This document shows positions 45,960 to 57,061 of a stretch of 64,000 nt of DNA, piece by piece. How positions within the stretch are numbered: position 1 is the stretch's first letter; each line of letters begins with the position of its first letter. This DNA is from Candidatus Omnitrophota bacterium (GTDB taxonomy: Bacteria > Omnitrophota > Gorgyraeia > Zapsychrales > Zapsychraceae): positions 71,530 through 135,529 of the forward strand of contig DATDQB010000001.1 in assembly GCA_035292445.1 (NCBI GenBank), written 5' to 3'. Both the position numbers and the translations under genes were made by a program. The notes under the pieces were generated by a model. The model made no database searches. It was not told the origin of the DNA and saw only the letters and a list, made by a program, of their open reading frames with translations.

Positions 45960-48900
45960 CTAAAGAGTTACGGCGAAATTCTCTTTGCCGACCAGCTCCT
46001 TGATCTCATTCATCAAGTCTTCATTGGGGGAAACATAAAGATCTTCTCCCACAAGGATTTGCACGCTTTTGTGCGTCTGGGTATCGATCTTTAAATAAAC
46101 GGGGACCTTCCCGGGAAAATGGGATAATTTCGTCTTTAAGTCTATCAATCCCTTCTCCCCCACTTTCCCTAAATCGACCTTAATGGATTTAATCGCGCTA
46201 TACACATCCCGTACGTGTTTCATCTCATTGGCGATAATCTTCGGCTCATTATCACGGTAATTCATCCGGCCGCTGATAAAAACGACTTCCCCTTCCTTAA
46301 GATATTGGGCGAGTTGCGGATAGGTTGAAGGGAAAACCACCACCTCCACATCGCCTTCCATATCAACGACTTTCAAAATAGCCATCCGTTCATTTGTTTT
46401 ACGGGTATTGGTCAATTTGACGTTCTCGATCAAACCGACAAGGCGAATCTCCTCCCCATCAATGGCCTGACTGAGGTTCTTGGTGCTCATATCCGTAAAT
46501 TCTTTGATTTCAACTTGATAATGGTCCAGCGGATGACCGCTGATATAAAAACCCAAGATCTCTTTTTCATAGGAAAGAATCTGGTTTTGGCTCCATTCTT
46601 TGATATCCGGCAGGCTTTCCGTTTGGCTCTTAAATCCTGCATCGGCCCCCGCCAAATCGAATAAAGACACCTGACCCTGGGCTTTCTCTTTTTGGGTTTT
46701 CGCCGCCAATTGAAGAGCCTTTTCCAGAACGGTCATCATCTGGGAACGAAAGGCGCGAAAACCGTCCAAGGCCCCGCATTTAATCAAGCTCTCCAAAACT
46801 TTACGGTTAACGAGGCGCAGATCGATGTGCTCACAAAGATCAAATATCGACGCATAAGACCTTTCGTTACGACCTTCAACGATAGAGTCGATCGCGGAGG
46901 AACCGATATTCTTGACCGCCAGCAATCCGTAACGGATCGTCTGCTGGTCCACGACACTAAAATGTTTAATGCTTGCATTGATATCCGGCGGCAGGATCTT
47001 GATGCCCATGGCCTCGCTTTCCTTGACGTATTCGACCAACTTATCCGTGTTGCTCATTTCACTGTTCAAAAGCGCGCACATGAACTCGACCGGATAATTG
47101 GCCTTAAGGTACGCCGTCTGGTACGTGATCATGGCGTAGGCGGCGGAATGGCTGCGGTTGAAGCCGTAGCCGGAGAAATAATCGATCAGATCAAAGAGCT
47201 TGTTGGCCTTTTTTTCATCGATCTGGCTGGTCTTAAAGCACCCGTCGATGAAATCCTGGCGCAATTTTTCCATGACGGAGGGGATCTTCTTGCTCATCGC
47301 CCGCCTTAAATGGTCCGCCTGGGTCATGGAAAATCCGGCGAGCGCGACGGGGATCTGCATGACCTGCTCCTGATAAACGATAATGCCATACGTTGCTTTG
47401 AGGATCGGCTCAAGTTTCGGATGGTCGTATTTGATATCGATCTCGCCGCGTTTACGCTTGGTAAAATCCTCCAACATCCCGCTTCCCATCGGGCCCGGCC
47501 GATACAACGCAAGGATCGAGATCAAGTCCTCGAACTCGGAAGGCTTGATCTTCTTAAGAAGCTCGCGCATTCCTGAGCTTTCCAGCTGGAAAATACCGAA
47601 ACTGTTTGCCTCCTCCAGCATCTCATATGTTTTTTTATCATCCAAAGGCAACTGGCTGACGTCGATCTTCACCCCGTGTATTTCTTTGATCTGCCGGCAG
47701 GCTTCATTGATGACGGTAAGCGTCCTTAAACCTAGGAAATCCATTTTGAGAAGACCAATCTTGGCGATCGCGTTCATCGAATAACCGGTCGTGATCTGCC
47801 CCTCGGAGGGCTTAAAAAGCGGGACATATTCCGTGAGCGGCTTATCGGAGATCACAACTCCGGCGGCGTGCGTCGAAGCGTGACGTGTCAGGCCTTCCAG
47901 GACCTGGGCCATCTCAATGATCTCCCGGGCCGTCTTGTCATCCTCGGTCAGCTTTTTAAGCTGGGGTTCTTTATCCAACGCGTCCTTTAGAGAAATGCCC
48001 AGCTCATTGGGCACCAACTTCGCGATGCGGTCCACCTCGCCGTAAGAAGCGCCCATCACGCGTCCCACGTCGCGGATGGCCGCCTTGGCCTGCAGCGTCC
48101 CGAAGGTGATGATCTGCGCGACGTTGTCCTTGCCGTATTTGTTGGTGACGTACTCAATGACCTCGGGGCGGCGCTCATAACAAAAATCGATGTCGATATC
48201 CGGCATGCCGGCGCGGTCCGGGTTCAAGAACCGCTCGAACAATAAGCCGTACTTGAGCGGGTCCAGATCCGTTATCCCCAACAGGTAACTCACCAGGCTT
48301 CCGGCCGCCGAACCGCGCCCCGGTCCGACGGGGATGCCGCGGCTCTTGGCAAAATTGATGAAATCCCAGACAATGAGGAAATAACTTTCGAAATCCATCT
48401 TATTGATCGTTTGAAGCTCGAAGGCCAAACGCTGGCGGATCTCAGGGGTGATCTTGGTAAAGCGCTTCTTCAGGCCTTCCTCGCACAGCTCCCGCAAATA
48501 ACCTTCCTTGGATTTCCCTTCGGGCGGGTTAAAACGCGGCAAGTGGATCTCATCGAATCCCAATTTTAAGTTGCACTTATCCGCCACTTCAAGGGTCGTT
48601 GCCAGCGCTTCGGGAACCCACGAAAAAAGCGCGCGCATCTCATCGGCGGATTTAAAATACAGCTGGTCCGATTGAAGCCGCATCCTTTTCTCGTCGCTGA
48701 TCATGGACTGGGTCTGGATGCACAACAGCGCATCGTGCGCTTTGGATTGCGCCTGTTGCAAATAATGCACGTCATTGGTCGCCAGTAGCGGAAGCTCGAG
48801 CGAGCGCGCGATCTTGACAAGCTCCTCATTGACCCTCTTTTGTTCGCTCAACCCGTGGTCCATCAATTCGATGTAGAAATTGTCTTTGCCGAAAATCTGG

Positions 48901-49397
48901 CGAAAATCGTCCGCCGCTTTTAACGCCGAATTAAAATTCCCTTTCAACAGATGGTTCGACACCTCGCCCCTTAAGCAGGCGGAAGAGGCAATGAGGCCCT
49001 TGGCGTATTGGGAAATGACCTGTTTATCGATGCGCGGATAATAATAGAAGCCTTCAAGGAAACCGGCGGAGGTGAGCTTCATCAAGTTGTGGTAGCCGGT
49101 TATGTCTTTGGCTAGAAGAAGAAGATGCGACACGCTGCCGCGCGAAGATGGGTTTTTATCGAAGCGCGTCCCCACCGTCTCGACATAAGCCTCACAGCCG
49201 ATAATGGGTTTGATGCCGGCTTTCACCGCGGCGCTATAAAAATCAACCGCCCCGAACATGTTGCCGTGGTCCGTCATGGCCAAGGCGGGCATATTGTTCT
49301 CTTGGGCTTTCTCTATGAGTTTTTCGATGAGGCAGGCTCCATCGAGGAGGCTGTACTGGGTGTGGACGTGCAGGTGGACGAAACTTGAATCACTCAT
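45960..49397 (-). CDS. dnaE: DNA polymerase III alpha subunit
   Basis: FVHLHVHTQYSLLDG PHP, GPGRGSAAGS, MPDIDIDF, KMDFLGL, YGFNRSH; no intein evident. Confidence 0.97.
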   Translation of the reverse strand: MSDSSFVHLHVHTQYSLLDGACLIEKLIEKAQENNMPALAMTDHGNMFGAVDFYSAAVKAGIKPIIGCEAYVETVGTRFDKNPSSRGSVSHLLLLAKDITGYHNLMKLTSAGFLEGFYYYPRIDKQVISQYAKGLIASSACLRGEVSNHLLKGNFNSALKAADDFRQIFGKDNFYIELMDHGLSEQKRVNEELVKIARSLELPLLATNDVHYLQQAQSKAHDALLCIQTQSMISDEKRMRLQSDQLYFKSADEMRALFSWVPEALATTLEVADKCNLKLGFDEIHLPRFNPPEGKSKEGYLRELCEEGLKKRFTKITPEIRQRLAFELQTINKMDFESYFLIVWDFINFAKSRGIPVGPGRGSAAGSLVSYLLGITDLDPLKYGLLFERFLNPDRAGMPDIDIDFCYERRPEVIEYVTNKYGKDNVAQIITFGTLQAKAAIRDVGRVMGASYGEVDRIAKLVPNELGISLKDALDKEPQLKKLTEDDKTAREIIEMAQVLEGLTRHASTHAAGVVISDKPLTEYVPLFKPSEGQITTGYSMNAIAKIGLLKMDFLGLRTLTVINEACRQIKEIHGVKIDVSQLPLDDKKTYEMLEEANSFGIFQLESSGMRELLKKIKPSEFEDLISILALYRPGPMGSGMLEDFTKRKRGEIDIKYDHPKLEPILKATYGIIVYQEQVMQIPVALAGFSMTQADHLRRAMSKKIPSVMEKLRQDFIDGCFKTSQIDEKKANKLFDLIDYFSGYGFNRSHSAAYAMITYQTAYLKANYPVEFMCALLNSEMSNTDKLVEYVKESEAMGIKILPPDINASIKHFSVVDQQTIRYGLLAVKNIGSSAIDSIVEGRNERSYASIFDLCEHIDLRLVNRKVLESLIKCGALDGFRAFRSQMMTVLEKALQLAAKTQKEKAQGQVSLFDLAGADAGFKSQTESLPDIKEWSQNQILSYEKEILGFYISGHPLDHYQVEIKEFTDMSTKNLSQAIDGEEIRLVGLIENVKLTNTRKTNERMAILKVVDMEGDVEVVVFPSTYPQLAQYLKEGEVVFISGRMNYRDNEPKIIANEMKHVRDVYSAIKSIKVDLGKVGEKGLIDLKTKLSHFPGKVPVYLKIDTQTHKSVQILVGEDLYVSPNEDLMNEIKELVGKENFAVTL

Positions 49398-49443
49398 GGT
49401 TGCATTATATCAGATAAACAAAACGTAAAACAATAAAAAGGAC

Positions 49444-49557
49444 ATTGGGTTATTAGGTAATTAGGTCGCAGGATATTAGGGTATGAGGATATTGGGGCAT
49501 TACACCTAATATCCCAATCTCCTAATACCCTCCTCCCTGATTTCCTGATAACCCAAT
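49444..49557. repeat. Long hairpin built from degenerate 8-nt tandem repeats
   Basis: Left arm TTGGGTTA TTAGGTAA TTAGGTCG..TTAGGGTA TGAGGATA TTGGGGCA; right arm CCTAATAT CCCAATCT CCTAATAC..CCTGATTT CCTGATAA CCCAAT; outer ATTGGGTTAT/ATAACCCAAT pair perfectly. Confidence 0.85.
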
Positions 49558-49568
49558 AACCTTTATTA

Positions 49569-51326
49569 TTACTCCCACTCAATCGTCGCAGGAGGTTTGG
49601 AGCTGATATCGTAAACAACGCGGTTGACGCCGGCAACCTCATTGATGATGCGGTTCGATATGCGCCCCAGCACGTCGTAGGGCAGCTGGGCCCAATCGGC
49701 GGTCATGCCGTCGGTGCTGGTCACGGCGCGCACCGCGATCACGTTCTCGTACGTGCGCTGATCGCCCATGACACCGACCGTCTTGACCGGCACCAAAACC
49801 GCAAAGGCCTGCCAGATGTCGTTGTACAACCCGGCGCGGCGGATCTCTTCCATGACACGCTCATCCGCCTCGCGAAGGATCTCGAGGCGTTCTTTCGTGA
49901 CCTCACCGGCGATGCGCACGGCTAGGCCCGGACCGGGAAAAGGCTGGCGTTTCAAAATGGATTCGGGCAGCTCCATCTTCTTGCCGATAGCGCGCACTTC
50001 ATCTTTGAACAGTTCACGGAACGGCTCGATGAGCTTAAGCTTCATGTTCTTAGGCAGCCCCCCGACGTTGTGGTGCGTCTTGATCGTGGCGGACGGGCCA
50101 CCGATGGGGGAAGCGGATTCGATGACGTCCGGATACAGCGTCCCCTGGGCGAGAAAATTGACGTTCTTGATCTTTTTGGCTTTAGTCGTAAAGACCTTGA
50201 CGAACTCCTCCCCGATGATCTTGCGCTTCTGCTCGGGGTCCGTAATGCCCTTGAGCCGGCTCAAAAAGACCTTCTCGGCGTTGATGACCGCCAGGTTCAT
50301 GTTGAAATTGCCTTTGAACATCCGGGAGACGTTGGCGGCCTCGTTCTTGCGCAGCAGGCCGTTATCGACGAAAATGCAATAAAGCTTCTTGCCGATCGCC
50401 CGCTGCAGCAGCATGGCCGTGACGGATGAGTCAACCCCTCCGCTTAAGCCTAAGATCACTTTCTTGTCGCCGACCTCCTCCTTGACCTGTTTCATGGCGG
50501 CCGCGATAAATTTATCGACGGTCCAGCGCGGCAGGCAATTGCAGATGTGGAAAAGAAAGTTGGAAAGGATCTCATTGCCGCGTTGGGTATGGACCACTTC
50601 CGGATGGAATTGCACCGCAAAGATCTTCTTGGTGCGATTCGCGAATGCGGCCATAGGCGCGTTGAGCGTATGCGCAATGGCGACGAAACCTTTGGGCATG
50701 GTCTTGATCTGGTCGCTATGGCTCATCCAGCAGGTCAGATTCGTCGGCAGATTATTGAAAAGGTCTTTATTGCTGTCGACGAAAAGCTCGGCGCGGCCGA
50801 ATTCCCGCTCTTTGCTCGCCTCCACCTTGCCGCCGAAAATATCGCAGATAACCTGCATCCCGTAACAAATCCCCAGGACCGGAATGCCGAGCTTAAAAAT
50901 GTTTTTATCCGGAGAAGGCGACCCCCTGTCATAAACGCTCATCGGCCCGCCGGAGAGGATCAGCCCCTTGGGCTTGATCTCTTCGAGTTCCTTGACGGAA
51001 ATGTTGTACGGGACGATCTTGCTGTAGACTTTGCACTCGCGCACGCGCCGGGCAATGAGCTGCGTGTACTGGGAACCGAAATCCAAAACTAAAATGATGT
51101 CTTTTTGGCGGAACTTGCGGATGCGGATCGATTTGGCCATACGGCCAGTGACTTTTTTCAATTTCGGCAGCTTGCCGATACGCTTTTTGGGGCTGGCCCG
51201 AAAACGCGTTTTTAACCCTTTGATGCGGGAGGGAAATTTCTTCACTTTTTTCTTTTTGACAATTTTACGTCTGACTATTTTACGGGCGGGTTTCTTCTTT
51301 GCTGCTTTTCTTGTCTTTTTTGCCAT
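49569..51326 (-). CDS. guaA: GMP synthase (glutamine-hydrolysing) with Lys/Arg-rich N-terminal extension
   Basis: [44 protein letters not shown]. Confidence 0.97.
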   Translation of the reverse strand: MAKKTRKAAKKKPARKIVRRKIVKKKKVKKFPSRIKGLKTRFRASPKKRIGKLPKLKKVTGRMAKSIRIRKFRQKDIILVLDFGSQYTQLIARRVRECKVYSKIVPYNISVKELEEIKPKGLILSGGPMSVYDRGSPSPDKNIFKLGIPVLGICYGMQVICDIFGGKVEASKEREFGRAELFVDSNKDLFNNLPTNLTCWMSHSDQIKTMPKGFVAIAHTLNAPMAAFANRTKKIFAVQFHPEVVHTQRGNEILSNFLFHICNCLPRWTVDKFIAAAMKQVKEEVGDKKVILGLSGGVDSSVTAMLLQRAIGKKLYCIFVDNGLLRKNEAANVSRMFKGNFNMNLAVINAEKVFLSRLKGITDPEQKRKIIGEEFVKVFTTKAKKIKNVNFLAQGTLYPDVIESASPIGGPSATIKTHHNVGGLPKNMKLKLIEPFRELFKDEVRAIGKKMELPESILKRQPFPGPGLAVRIAGEVTKERLEILREADERVMEEIRRAGLYNDIWQAFAVLVPVKTVGVMGDQRTYENVIAVRAVTSTDGMTADWAQLPYDVLGRISNRIINEVAGVNRVVYDISSKPPATIEWE

Positions 51327-51357
51327 AGACCGATCCTGTCATCTTAAATGATTGAAC

Positions 51358-52518
51358 TTATTTGCCCATGCCGACCCGCTGGCCGACCTGAAAGACTTTT
51401 CCTTCGGTCTGGATGGACGGGGCAATGATGATTTCAACATCATGCATTTCTTTAATATTGGAAGCGCCCAGCGAGCCCATCGATGTCTTGAGCGCTCCGA
51501 TCAAATTTTGTGAGCCGTCATCCACCTTGGCCGGCCCCGCAAGAATTTCTTTGAGCGAGCCGGTCGTGCCGACCCAGACGCGCGTTCCCCGCGGCAAATT
51601 CGCATGGGACGTGGCCATGCCCCAGTGATACCCGCCGCCCGGCGCTTCTTTGGCGCGGGCAAAAGCGCTTCCGACCATGCAGGCGTCAGCTCCCGCAGCG
51701 ATCGCCTTACAAATTTCTCCCCCTAACCTCATGCCGCCGTCAGTAATAATGGGGCGGTATTGGCCGGTACGCTTATAATAATGGTCTCTCGCCGCCGCGC
51801 AATCGACCGTTGAGGTGATCTGCGGGACACCGATACCCAAAACCCCGCGTGTCGTGCACGCAGCCCCAGGCCCGATGCCTACCAGCAATCCGGCCGCGCC
51901 AGCTTCAAGAAGCTCTAAAGCGACCTCATAACCGACGCAGTTCCCGAGGATGATGGGCATTTTGGATTGTTTGACGAGCTTAGCCAGATCAATGACTTTA
52001 TATTGGGTGGCAATATGCTTGACGGTCGCGACTGTCGATTGGATGATAAAAATATCGCAGCCCGCTTCCTTCGCGATCGCCGAATATTTCGGGGCATTTT
52101 GAGGGATACAGCTGACAACGGCCGAAACTTTCTTTGATTTGATCTCCCGTATGCGCTTGGTGATCAATTTCTCTTTGACCGGCTTTAAATAAATGGATTG
52201 AACTAATTTTGTCGCGTCTTCCGGACTTGCTTTGGCGATCTGGTCGAGGACCTTGGAAGGGTTATCGTAACGGGTCTGGACACCGTCTAGGTTAAGGACC
52301 GCGATAGCGCCCATTTTACCCATCGTCACGGCAAAATCAACGTCCACCACGCCATCCATGGCGGCCGCCAGAATCGGAACTTGGAATGTCCGGCCCGCTA
52401 TTTTCCAGCTGATATCGACTTCATTAGGATTAACGGTAAGAGTGCTGGGAGCAAGCGCGACTTCATCGAAGCCGTAACAACGCCTTGCGCGCCGTCCGAT
52501 TCCAATCCATTCTGCCAT
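51358..52518 (-). CDS. guaB: GuaB3-family IMP dehydrogenase (no CBS domains)
   Basis: IGRRARRCYGFDEVAL N-terminus, AAMDGV, GPGAACTTR catalytic Cys, HWGMAT..LPRG; upstream of guaA. Confidence 0.9.
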   Translation of the reverse strand: MAEWIGIGRRARRCYGFDEVALAPSTLTVNPNEVDISWKIAGRTFQVPILAAAMDGVVDVDFAVTMGKMGAIAVLNLDGVQTRYDNPSKVLDQIAKASPEDATKLVQSIYLKPVKEKLITKRIREIKSKKVSAVVSCIPQNAPKYSAIAKEAGCDIFIIQSTVATVKHIATQYKVIDLAKLVKQSKMPIILGNCVGYEVALELLEAGAAGLLVGIGPGAACTTRGVLGIGVPQITSTVDCAAARDHYYKRTGQYRPIITDGGMRLGGEICKAIAAGADACMVGSAFARAKEAPGGGYHWGMATSHANLPRGTRVWVGTTGSLKEILAGPAKVDDGSQNLIGALKTSMGSLGASNIKEMHDVEIIIAPSIQTEGKVFQVGQRVGMGK

Positions 52519-52589
52519 AATGCCTCCAAAATCTGAAGTAGGTTAGTAGGTAGGTTGTTACCGATTTTATGGCCTGTAATTAGAGATAT

Positions 52590-52618
52590 AATATAGTGAT
52601 TTTAATATTAAATGTCAA
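52590..52618 (-). promoter_or_regulatory. Sigma70 promoter of guaB-guaA
   Basis: TTGACA-17 nt-TATATT. Confidence 0.65.
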
Positions 52619-52622
52619 TATT

Positions 52623-52658
52623 AAAAAAGGGGACAGATGCCTTTAGGTATCTGTCCCC
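52623..52658 (-). terminator. Rho-independent terminator of groESL
   Basis: GGGGACAGATRCC stem with short loop, followed by T6 on the minus strand. Confidence 0.9.
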
Positions 52659-52670
52659 AAATTCTCTATG

Positions 52671-52719
52671 GAACGGTTTTCCGCCAGAGGCGGACCCGCC
52701 TTTGGCGGGGAAACCATTC
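52671..52719. repeat. REP-like nested palindrome in the groEL 3' UTR
   Basis: CCGCCAGAGGCGG-AC-CCGCCTTTGGCGG, enclosed by GAACGGTTTT / GGAAACCATTC. Confidence 0.65.
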
Positions 52720-52732
52720 TTTCAAAACACTC

Positions 52733-54382
<1,650 letters not shown>

Positions 54383-54412
54383 TTAATTAATTTTCAAAAT
54401 TTTTAAACGCCG

Positions 54413-54709
54413 TTACTTTTTGGATTTTACGATCGCCAGCACATCTTCTTCTTTTATGACCAGCACTTCCTCTCCGTCCACCTTAAATTCCGTACCGCTG
54501 TATTTACCGTACAAAATGCGGTCCCCGACTTTCACTTCCAATGCGTGCACTTTCCCTTCATCGGAAACTTTCCCCTTACCCACAGCGAGGACTTCGCCTT
54601 CCTGGGGTTTCTCTTTGGCTGTGTCAGGCAAGACGATACCGCCTTTGGTGATTTCCTCGGCCTCTAGCTGCTTGACAATGATCCGATCGCCTAATGGTTG
54701 AAGTTTCAT
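54413..54709 (-). CDS. groES: Co-chaperonin GroES
   Basis: [29 protein letters not shown]. Confidence 0.98.
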   Translation of the reverse strand: MKLQPLGDRIIVKQLEAEEITKGGIVLPDTAKEKPQEGEVLAVGKGKVSDEGKVHALEVKVGDRILYGKYSGTEFKVDGEEVLVIKEEDVLAIVKSKK

Positions 54710-54763
54710 TTTTATGACCTCCCTTAAAATTTGTTAGATTATGGTGTGTAAAAAAATTCTAAT

Positions 54764-54790
54764 TTAGCAATGTTCTTCTAAGAGTGCTAA
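54764..54790. promoter_or_regulatory. CIRCE operator (HrcA site), just downstream of a TTGACA-16-TAAATT promoter (54789-54816, minus strand)
   Basis: TTAGCAATG-N9-GAGTGCTAA versus consensus TTAGCACTC-N9-GAGTGCTAA; upstream of groES. Confidence 0.88.
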
Positions 54791-54862
54791 TTTAACAAAA
54801 ATTTATTTTTTGTCAAGAAAATTTTTTAACCAGAGGATTTCTGAAAAGAAGGCTGTGGAAAA

Positions 54863-56215
54863 TCAGGAATTGTTTTCCGGTGAGAGGTTTTTGACATCCC
54901 ACAAATACTTTTTCGTTTCTTCGACGATCACGCGGTTTAAAACGATCAACGAAATCAAATTGGGAATGGCCATGAGCGCGTTGGCGATGTCGGCAAATGA
55001 CCAAACAGCCGGCAGTGATATAACGGAACCTGCCATGACCGCCCCCACCCACGCCCAGCGGTAAGGCTTAACGATTTTCGTCCCCCACAGATATTCGGCC
55101 GCCTTCTCTCCGTAATACGACCAGCCGATGATGGTGGCGAACACAAATGTTAAAAGCCCGACAGTTAGGATCAAGGGCCCGATGACGGGAAATTCTTCGA
55201 ACGCCGCTTTGGATAAAGAAGCGCCGTTTAAGCCTAGCGTCCATTTTCCTGAATTCACAAAAACCAATCCCGTGAGCGCGCACATAACGACCGTATCCCA
55301 AAACGTTCCCGAAGCCGAAACAAGCGCCTGGCGCACCGGATTCTTGGTCTGCGCCGCGGCCGCGACGATCGGGCCGCTGCCCATCCCAGATTCATTGGAG
55401 AAAAGTCCGCGGGCAACGCCGAAACGCATGGCCTCTTTCATGCCCGCGCCTAAAAATCCTCCCACGGCCGCTTGGCCGGTGAAAGCGCTCTGCACGATCA
55501 GAGCGAGCGTCTCCGGGATCGTCTCAAATTTCATGGCCAACAAAATCAGGCAACCAACGATATTAAAGACCGCCATGAATGGGACCAATTTTTCGCAGGT
55601 ACCGGCAATGGTTTTGATGCCTCCTAAAATGACGAAGGCCGTCAACGCCGTCACCACCACCCCCGTTATCCAAGGAGCGATATTGAATGTTTCCTTGACC
55701 ATGACCGCGACCGAATTCGCCTGGACCATATTGCCGATGCCAAAAGCGGCAAAGGCGGTAAAAAAAGCAAAGGCCATGGCCAACCATTTGTTGTTCATCC
55801 CCCGCTCAAGGACATACATCGGCCCGCCGGCCATCATGCCGTTAGGAAGGGTCACTCGATATTTGACGGAAAGCACGGCCTCGGCATATTTGGTGGCGAT
55901 GCCGAAAACCCCGGTCAGCCACAGCCAAAAGACCGCGCCGGGCCCGCCTGAAGCAATGGCCGTTGCCACACCAACGATGTTTCCGGTCCCGATGGTGGCG
56001 GCCAACGCGGTCGTGAGCGCGGCGAATTGGCTGACGTCCCCTTCGCCTTCTTTGGTGCGCTTAAAGGAAATCTTGATCGCCTGGATCATGTACCGCTGGA
56101 TAAACTTAAGCTGGAACGAAAGGAAAATATGGGTGCCGAAAAGAAGGATCAGCATCGGCGGGCCCCACACAACGCCGGAGATATCGGAAAGAATATACTC
56201 GAGGTTAGACAACAT
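54863..56215 (-). CDS. Alanine/glycine:cation symporter (AGCS family)
   Basis: ATIGTGNIVGVATAI, GGPGA, GGPMY, RGLFSNESGMGS. Confidence 0.93.
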   Translation of the reverse strand: MLSNLEYILSDISGVVWGPPMLILLFGTHIFLSFQLKFIQRYMIQAIKISFKRTKEGEGDVSQFAALTTALAATIGTGNIVGVATAIASGGPGAVFWLWLTGVFGIATKYAEAVLSVKYRVTLPNGMMAGGPMYVLERGMNNKWLAMAFAFFTAFAAFGIGNMVQANSVAVMVKETFNIAPWITGVVVTALTAFVILGGIKTIAGTCEKLVPFMAVFNIVGCLILLAMKFETIPETLALIVQSAFTGQAAVGGFLGAGMKEAMRFGVARGLFSNESGMGSGPIVAAAAQTKNPVRQALVSASGTFWDTVVMCALTGLVFVNSGKWTLGLNGASLSKAAFEEFPVIGPLILTVGLLTFVFATIIGWSYYGEKAAEYLWGTKIVKPYRWAWVGAVMAGSVISLPAVWSFADIANALMAIPNLISLIVLNRVIVEETKKYLWDVKNLSPENNS

Positions 56216-56227
56216 AAATATTGATCG

Positions 56228-56974
56228 TTATTCGATGAGCAATAACAAGGCCATGACCGCGATGCCGCCAAGAATGCTCGCCAACTGCCCAAAAGAAGCA
56301 GCTAGCCGGACATCATGCCGGTGCAGTTCCGGGATAAGGTCAGAGCCCGCGATATATAAAAACCCTCCCGCGGTGACCGGCAGGACATACACCGACAGGT
56401 TTTCGATCTGCGGGCCAACGATAAAAACCAAAAAAGCCCCGACGAACGCCGCCAACGCCGAAATAAAATTGCACCAAAGGGCCTTTCGAATGGAAAACCC
56501 GCTGTGAACTAAGACGCCGAAGTCGCCGATCTCCTGGGGGATCTCGTGAAAAATAACGGCCAATGTCGTCGCAAAGCCGATGGTGGGGCTCACCATAAAA
56601 CTGGAGGCAATGATCATGCCGTCCAGCATGTTATGGACGCCATCACCGATCAAGTTCAAGGTTGCCACCGGATGCTCGTGGTCATGGGAAGTGAGTACAT
56701 GGCAGTGCTGCCAGCGCAGGAATTTCTCCAGTATAAAAAACAAGATAATCCCTAATAAAATCAAAAATGAAGTCGTTGGATTGAATCCGATCTCCTCGAA
56801 GGTTTCCGGCAGCAGATGAAGAAATGCATCCCCAAAAAGCGCCCCCACCGCGAAACTGACCATATATAAAAGAAATTTATTCAGGCGTTCGGGCTTGAGA
56901 GATAGGGTAAAGACGCCGACCAAAGAAATGAGGCCGACCGCCGTGAGCGCGAGGAACGTATAAAGTGCGGGCAT
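56228..56974 (-). CDS. ZIP-family divalent metal transporter
   Basis: FLHLLPE, His-rich loop, DGVHNMLDG, FHEIPQEIGDF. Confidence 0.93.
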   Translation of the reverse strand: MPALYTFLALTAVGLISLVGVFTLSLKPERLNKFLLYMVSFAVGALFGDAFLHLLPETFEEIGFNPTTSFLILLGIILFFILEKFLRWQHCHVLTSHDHEHPVATLNLIGDGVHNMLDGMIIASSFMVSPTIGFATTLAVIFHEIPQEIGDFGVLVHSGFSIRKALWCNFISALAAFVGAFLVFIVGPQIENLSVYVLPVTAGGFLYIAGSDLIPELHRHDVRLAASFGQLASILGGIAVMALLLLIE

Positions 56975-57061
56975 GCCATGATTCTAGACAAATCACGCCA
57001 AGAAAACAAGATAAAATTATTTTTATTGCCCCTATTTCTTCCATGTATTAATATTGAACTG

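Noticed and set aside
49394-49642. 82-aa ORF across the 8-nt repeat hairpin; also considered as a CRISPR array
   Set aside because: Translation simply reflects the repeat and overlaps guaA; units are 8 nt with no spacers and no cas genes are present.
55128-56507. 459-aa plus-strand ORF
   Set aside because: Antisense shadow of the AGCS and ZIP transporter genes; no motifs of its own.
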